Shown here piece after piece: positions 58,996 to 64,000 of a stretch of 64,000 nucleotides of DNA. Source of the DNA: Myxococcota bacterium. GTDB taxonomy: Bacteria; Myxococcota_A; UBA796; GCA-2862545. The stretch covers positions 12,900 through 76,899 of the forward strand of contig JBCCQY010000023.1 of the NCBI GenBank assembly GCA_039208735.1. The letters run 5' to 3'. Below the pieces are notes generated by a model. The model saw only the letters and a list, made by a program, of their open reading frames with translations. It was not told the origin of the DNA and searched no databases. A program made the translations under genes and the position numbers. Numbering within the stretch: the first letter of the stretch is position 1; each line of letters begins with the position of its first letter.

Positions 58996-59750
58996 TGACG
59001 CTTCGCATCGACCGACGGTTCCGCGGACCCTCGCGCTCGGGAAATGGCGGTGTTTCCGCTGGACTCGTCGCTGCGGCCGGGACATTTGAGGGTCCGGTCG
59101 AGGTGACTCTTCGCGCCCCGCCTCCCCTCGATCGGGACCTCACGGTGGCCGAGGCGGAGGGCGTCGTGACCGTCTTGGACGGCGAGACCATCATTGCAAT
59201 AGCTCGGGCACGCGACCTTGTTGACGACGTGCCTCCGTCGGTCCCCTTCGAGGTCGCGGCACAGGCGATGGCGCACTATCGCAACCGCAAGGACCATCCA
59301 CTGCCCGAGTGCTTCGTGTGCGGGACCGCACGCGAGCCAGACGATGCCTTGTTGGTGCATCCCGGTCCGGTGAAGGGACGAGACGTGGTGGCCTCGACCT
59401 GGACGCCCACCGGCTCCGTTGATGATGGGACGGGTCGGGTGGCCTCTCACGTCGTGTGGGGCGCGCTCGACTGTCCATCCTTCATGGGCTTGCTCCTCGA
59501 CACGCCCTTTGCCGTGCTTGGACGATTGACCGCCTCGATCCGCGAAACCCCTCGGGTGGGCGAACCGTGCGTGGTCATCGGTTGGGAACGTGGCCCCGCC
59601 GAAGGTCGAAAGCGCTTCGGCGGAGCCGCGATCTTCGGCGAAGACGGCCGACGGTTGGCTTGGTCTCACGCCGTTTGGATCGTCGTCGACCCAAGCCAAT
59701 TCGTCGTCGACGACGAAGACTCTGCGTCTGGCGCAAACCGTAATCGTTAA
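58995..59750 (+). CDS. Hotdog-fold thioesterase-like protein
   Basis: FRGP..SGNGG, LRAPPPL, CFVCG, WGALDCP, EGRK. Confidence 0.75.
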   Translation: MTLRIDRRFRGPSRSGNGGVSAGLVAAAGTFEGPVEVTLRAPPPLDRDLTVAEAEGVVTVLDGETIIAIARARDLVDDVPPSVPFEVAAQAMAHYRNRKDHPLPECFVCGTAREPDDALLVHPGPVKGRDVVASTWTPTGSVDDGTGRVASHVVWGALDCPSFMGLLLDTPFAVLGRLTASIRETPRVGEPCVVIGWERGPAEGRKRFGGAAIFGEDGRRLAWSHAVWIVVDPSQFVVDDEDSASGANRNR

Positions 59751-60706
59751 CCGGGTTCCTCGGCTGGGGCGGCGGCTGGGGACTCGGGCTCGGGCGCAGG
59801 GGCCGGTGCGGGAACCGGGGCGGGCGTTGGGTCGGCTGCAGGGGTCGGCTCGGTCGCTGGCGCCGGTTCGGGAGCCGACGCAGGAGGGGCCTCGGCCGGG
59901 GTCGTGCTGCGGTCCTCGCGCGGCGCAGCCGGGGCATCGACCACGTCCGCGGTCTCGTCTTCAACGATGGCCCGATCGGAGCGGCCGCTCGAAAGGTAGG
60001 CCGAGGTCTCATCGTCAGCCCCCCCGTCCTCGGAGGAGGGGTCCCAACGGCTTCCGTCCGACGCCAAGATGGTGCCGTCTTCGGTGTAGCCGTCGTCGAG
60101 CGTTGCCGATGTCAGCCGGACGTGGAGGTGCGACTCGTGGTTTGGCGCGTGGCGAATGACCCCTCGCCGGCGCCATACCAACGGAGTGCCCCGCGGGGGA
60201 AACAGCTGGTCCACGGTCTGGGGATCGAGACCGACTTCTTCGAGGGCATAGCGTCGAAGGACGTCGATGTGGCCGCGGTCCAGCAGCATGTACTGGACTT
60301 GGCCCGTGTCGAGCAGGGCGGTGATGAGGACCCAGGTGCTCGCAACATCGAGTTCGTGCGGCAACAGATCGATGGGCCCACCGAGGGGCTGCTGGCCAGA
60401 GCCCATGAACAGCCCAATGTCAACATCGATGCCGAGATGGTGGGTCTGGTGACCGGGCAGTGGGCCTCCGCCTCGTCGGCTAATGTCGCCAATGAGGAGC
60501 GGGTCGGCGAGCGGCAGCTGGAAGGCCACGCGGTTCGCCACCTGCTGCAGCGACTCGACCATGTGCAGCGCGCCCCAGCTCCGGCGTGCGTCCCAACGCT
60601 CGTAAAGGCCATCGGCTGGAGGAAGCTGATAGCCGGCGTAGTAGGGGCGATTCGACTGGCCATAGGCCGTGGGCAGCGCGAGGGCCGTGATCATCCAGAT
60701 CGGCAC
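59747..60706 (-). CDS. MepA-like penicillin-insensitive murein endopeptidase with Pro/Ala-rich tail
   Basis: IGDIS..GGG...GHQTH..G.DVDI and H..HLHVR; GGAGG RBS before GTG 60706. Confidence 0.8.
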   Translation of the reverse strand: MPIWMITALALPTAYGQSNRPYYAGYQLPPADGLYERWDARRSWGALHMVESLQQVANRVAFQLPLADPLLIGDISRRGGGPLPGHQTHHLGIDVDIGLFMGSGQQPLGGPIDLLPHELDVASTWVLITALLDTGQVQYMLLDRGHIDVLRRYALEEVGLDPQTVDQLFPPRGTPLVWRRRGVIRHAPNHESHLHVRLTSATLDDGYTEDGTILASDGSRWDPSSEDGGADDETSAYLSSGRSDRAIVEDETADVVDAPAAPREDRSTTPAEAPPASAPEPAPATEPTPAADPTPAPVPAPAPAPEPESPAAAPAEEPG

Positions 60707-60752
60707 GTGTCCTCCCTCCGCCCATCTATCCCGGCACCGTTCAAACCGCCGT

Positions 60753-62246
60753 TCAGCCGCCCGCGCGAGGCATCCGGGCCACGTCGAAGAGGACCCGCGC
60801 ATATTCGTTGTCGTCGTCGTCGAACCACTGGGCCAAAACGCCGGGACCATCAAAGAAGTGGATTTCGCTGTAGATCCCTGTGCTGTCGAAGGAGATGTTG
60901 CCATACAGCTCAATGTCGTCGTCTTGGGTGTTCCAGAGCCGATCCGCACCGTAATCGAGCACCAGGGTTTCACGCGTCCGGATTTGGGTGCCCGAGTAGG
61001 AAAAGCGGATCAGGGAACCTGAATCATCGCTGTTGAACCAATCGAGGTCGGGACCGGGCCCGACCAAGGTGAGGAGCTGGCTTAGCTGCCCTTGCGAACT
61101 GTAGACGCGGGACTGCCACTGCTGAACGACATCATTTGGGTCGAACGTGCGAACGGACTCGAGTCGGCCCACATCGTCGTACAGGTAGTCCGAGTACCGG
61201 TCGAGCACGTCAGTGTTGTCAAAGGGCACATTGTCAGGGCCCAAGTCGTCGAAGATGCGTTGCTGGACCAACCGACCGGACTTGTCGGTTTCGTTGACGA
61301 GGATCGTCAGCCCGGGGTCGTCGTTCGTGAACCATTGGCCGTCAAATCCAAGGCCTAAACTCCGCAGTTGTGTGACGATCTCGAAGTTCGCATCGTAGGT
61401 CGTCTCGACCCGGGACGTAAAGATGTCGTCATCGGTGAAGGGCGAACCGTCGGGCCCCACCTGCAAATCCGTCACGGTTTCGGTCATGCCGTCGACCGCG
61501 ACGTCGATCACGCGGTCCAACGCATCATCACCCGTGCCCCACTTGCCATCATCCCCTGAACCGTCGAAGAACTCCGAGAGGGCAAGGCGGCCGTTGGGTT
61601 GAAGTGTGTCGACGCGGAGGCCGACCTGCACTTCGTCAGGCGTAATGAACTGCCCGTCTGGACCGAGTTGGTAGGTGGCGTAGCCGGTGTTTCGGCCTTC
61701 GGCGTCGATGGTAAATTCGAGGCCAAAGCCGGGTTCGACGGTCACCTGCTCATCGCGCAGAACGACGGTAAGGGCCCGTTGATCGTCCGCGATCACCTGC
61801 GTGTAGGCGGGTAACGGATGGATCTCGTAGGTGGCGCTCACGTCGGGCGCCGCCGTGCCATCGGCCATCAAGACCCCGGACACTTCGATTTGGATGGTCT
61901 CACCAAACTCGAAGGGAACCTGAGGATCGAGCGCAAAGCCTGTGCCTGATTTCCCAGGTACGACTTCGGTCTCGAGCACCTGTCCCGCACGGTTGCGAAC
62001 CTCGATCGTCGCACTGGAAACAGACAAGGCATCGATGGCCCGAGAGTAGGCGACGAACGGCGTGACTTGGGGGGCCACGTCAATGAAGCCATCGGGCGGA
62101 TCGATCGTGACGGTTGCGGGCAGGGGCATCGTGGGCCCGGTGTCCGTCGTACCCGTTTCCTCGCCGGTCTCCGGCAATATCGTTGGCCCATCCGAGCCTC
62201 CCGAGCAAGCCGTGAGCAGCCCGAGGGCCACGAGCGCGCGCGTCAT
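60753..62246 (-). CDS. Lipoprotein with Ig-like domain and GxDxxWxxxDD repeats
   Basis: MTRALVALGLLTAC after AGGAG; about eight acidic repeats. Confidence 0.8.
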   Translation of the reverse strand: MTRALVALGLLTACSGGSDGPTILPETGEETGTTDTGPTMPLPATVTIDPPDGFIDVAPQVTPFVAYSRAIDALSVSSATIEVRNRAGQVLETEVVPGKSGTGFALDPQVPFEFGETIQIEVSGVLMADGTAAPDVSATYEIHPLPAYTQVIADDQRALTVVLRDEQVTVEPGFGLEFTIDAEGRNTGYATYQLGPDGQFITPDEVQVGLRVDTLQPNGRLALSEFFDGSGDDGKWGTGDDALDRVIDVAVDGMTETVTDLQVGPDGSPFTDDDIFTSRVETTYDANFEIVTQLRSLGLGFDGQWFTNDDPGLTILVNETDKSGRLVQQRIFDDLGPDNVPFDNTDVLDRYSDYLYDDVGRLESVRTFDPNDVVQQWQSRVYSSQGQLSQLLTLVGPGPDLDWFNSDDSGSLIRFSYSGTQIRTRETLVLDYGADRLWNTQDDDIELYGNISFDSTGIYSEIHFFDGPGVLAQWFDDDDNEYARVLFDVARMPRAGG

Positions 62247-62333
62247 GTCGTCTCCTGCGATTGGACGGTGGAGTCTACCACCCCTCCTTCGCCAAACGCA
62301 TGCCGGAACACCACGGGTTACGTCGCCTTCCGC

Positions 62334-62434
62334 GGCGGGCCGTGCCGTGCTGGTGCTGGCCCCGGTCTTCAAAACCGGTCGGGACGGGCCGAGAGGTTTC
62401 GTTCGGTGGGTTCGATTCCCATGGTCCGCCGCCA
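62334..62434 (+). tRNA. selC: tRNA-Sec (anticodon TCA)
   Basis: 8-bp acceptor GGCGGGCC/GGTCCGCC; anticodon arm CCGGT-CTTCAAA-ACCGG; long variable arm; T arm GTGGG-TTCGATT-CCCAT; G discriminator and CCA. Confidence 0.95.
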
Positions 62435-62900
62435 CCCACCCGATTGTTGGCCTTGCCCCTGTCGTCTCGCGGCCAGCGGAATGCGTTGTACACCCGGTGT
62501 ACACACGCCAACCGGCGGAACCAGCTGAACCGCGGCCACCAGCGGCAGGGCCTCGGGTGACACGTAGTGCTCGCGGATCCCGCGGCTGTGGCCGACCAGG
62601 AACTCGACCACTTCGTCGTCCGCGCCGAGCTGCTTCAGACCCGACTGGAAGCCCGCTCGGAAGGCGTGGTGCGCCGAGCCCTCCCACCGACCCGGATCGA
62701 CCCCCGCGCGCCTCCAGGCACGCGCTGCGTCGCGGGCGCGGGCTTCTCGATGCTCCCGCGGACAGGGGATGACGAACCCCTCGCGGCGGCCCCATCCCGA
62801 CAACTCCTCGACGAGCGCGGGCGCGATCGGGACCCAGCGGCCTCGGCGCTCGGCCTTCGACTTGCCGAGCTCCGGCCGGATACGGAGCTGCGCCGTGCCG
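62369..62900 (-). pseudogene. 5'-truncated tyrosine integrase, homolog of 31757..32935
   Basis: Shares ELGK.K.ERRGR, CPR..R.ARARDAARAW.RAG, HHAFR, GH and ALPLV.AV..VPP; lacks the N-terminus and the TGLR Arg. Confidence 0.88.
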
Positions 62901-63136
62901 AGGGCTTCAATGTGCTTGTGCACGGTCGGCAGGTGTCAAGGTGAAGTAGACAGCCAGGTCATCGTGGCTGATCTGCTGCGGAAACGCGTTGATCTGAAGC
63001 CGCTGTTCGTCAGTAAGGAAGCGCCCAGCCGCCACGGGCCGGACTGGCCCTTTGCGCCAGCGTTGTGTTCATTCACGCCAACTCGCTCGACCGCGTTTCC
63101 GGTCGGATATCGACGGCGTCGAAATCCTTGGGAGGG

Positions 63137-63604
63137 ATGATGATCGCGTTGACCGTCAACGGGAAGCGCCACGAGGTGGACGTCGAGCCCGAGGCGCCAT
63201 TGCTCTGGGTGCTCCGCGAGGAGCTGGGTCTGAAAGGCACTAAGTTCGGCTGCGGTCTCGCGCTGTGTGGTGCGTGTACGGTCCACATCAACGGCCGAGC
63301 CGTGCGTTCCTGCGTGACCCCGGTGGGCTCGCTGGGCGTCAGCGAGGTCCGCACCATCGAGGCCCTCGGCACAGAAGAAGCGCCCCATCCCGTGCAGCAG
63401 GCGTGGATCGACAAGCAGGTCCCGCAGTGTGGCTACTGTCAGCCGGGCATGCAGATGGCTGCGGCCGCCTTCCTCGAGGCGAATCCGCAACCCACCGACG
63501 ACGACATCAATCGCGGCATCACCAACGTCTGCCGGTGCGGCTGCTACGAGCGCATCCGCGAAGCCATTCACGAGGCGGCCGATGCCGTCGGGGAGCACAA
63601 GTGA
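63137..63604 (+). CDS. iorA: Isoquinoline/aldehyde oxidoreductase small 2Fe-2S subunit
   Basis: [27 protein letters not shown]. Confidence 0.9.
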   Translation: MMIALTVNGKRHEVDVEPEAPLLWVLREELGLKGTKFGCGLALCGACTVHINGRAVRSCVTPVGSLGVSEVRTIEALGTEEAPHPVQQAWIDKQVPQCGYCQPGMQMAAAAFLEANPQPTDDDINRGITNVCRCGCYERIREAIHEAADAVGEHK

Positions 63605-64000
63605 AGCTCACACGGCGTACGCTTCTCATGGCCGGCGGCATCGTCGGCGGCGGCCTGTTGATTGGCTCCCTCGGCCTGGGCACCTACCTCAACACCTACA
63701 ACCAGCGTTCGGCCCAGCGGAGTGCGCTCCCCCAGACCGAAGGCGATCTGGTTGCCTCCTTCATCCTCATCGAGCCAGACGGGCGCGTCCGCATCCTGTC
63801 GCCCCACACCGAGATGGGGCAAGGATCCAACACGAGCCTCATGCAGATCGTGCTCGATGAGCTCGATGCGGATCCCCAAACGACCACCATCGAGCTTGCG
63901 CCCGCGCTGCCACAGTGGTCGAATGCCCAAATCGTCGAGGGCCTCTTCGAAGAGTTCGGGATCTCCATCTGGTCGGAGGAGTTCACGCGGAGTATCGCCG
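63601..64000 (+). CDS. iorB: Molybdopterin-binding large subunit, partial (runs off the right edge)
   Basis: GTGA overlap with iorA; KLTRRTLL twin-arginine motif; PHTEMGQG...Q..LDELD. Confidence 0.85.
   Translation, partial: MKLTRRTLLMAGGIVGGGLLIGSLGLGTYLNTYNQRSAQRSALPQTEGDLVASFILIEPDGRVRILSPHTEMGQGSNTSLMQIVLDELDADPQTTTIELAPALPQWSNAQIVEGLFEEFGISIWSEEFTRSIA

Noticed and set aside
59750..59900. Repetitive GC-rich DNA as a non-coding repeat
   Set aside because: Encodes the Pro/Ala/Glu low-complexity tail of the MepA-like protein
62247..62795. N-terminal extension of ORF 60753..62795
   Set aside because: Overlaps tRNA-Sec and the integrase remnant; the RBS and lipoprotein signal support ATG 62246
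1..64000. CRISPR array, rRNA, intact IS or prophage structural genes
   Set aside because: No regularly spaced repeats, cas, transposase or capsid/terminase motifs noticed by eye

Overview
High-GC bacterial chromosomal window. A Myxococcota-like host is inferred from a TonB-domain/TonB-receptor fusion, a MYXO-CTERM-like tail and MopE-type Cys repeats. From left to right it holds a TBDR-tonB-exbD-exbB operon divergent from an OmpR/histidine-kinase pair, then hydrolases, an arylsulfotransferase and clpP. Next come a surface-protein gene broken by one in-frame TAA, a pseudokinase-trmK pair, an rsmD-meaB-ECHDC1-like operon, a biliverdin-reductase-like gene and an actABCDEF alternative complex III operon. 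An accessory region follows, with an intact tyrosine integrase, a resolvase remnant, a reductive-dehalogenase-like protein with TetR, and a Fur-family-controlled TBDR module. After it are a SAM-I riboswitch-hom-metB unit, a YeeE pair, an atypical SDR with an ECF sigma, two GT-C-like membrane proteins and a 2187-aa repeat lipoprotein. The right end has a MepA-like peptidase, a repeat lipoprotein, tRNA-Sec, a truncated second integrase and the start of iorAB. Top observation: two homologous integrases face inward, and each reading frame runs into a copy of the tRNA-Sec 3' end (the intact tRNA and a 28/31 degenerate copy). The two att-like sites are inverted around about 29.5 kb. All calls come from motif recognition by eye; no searches were run.
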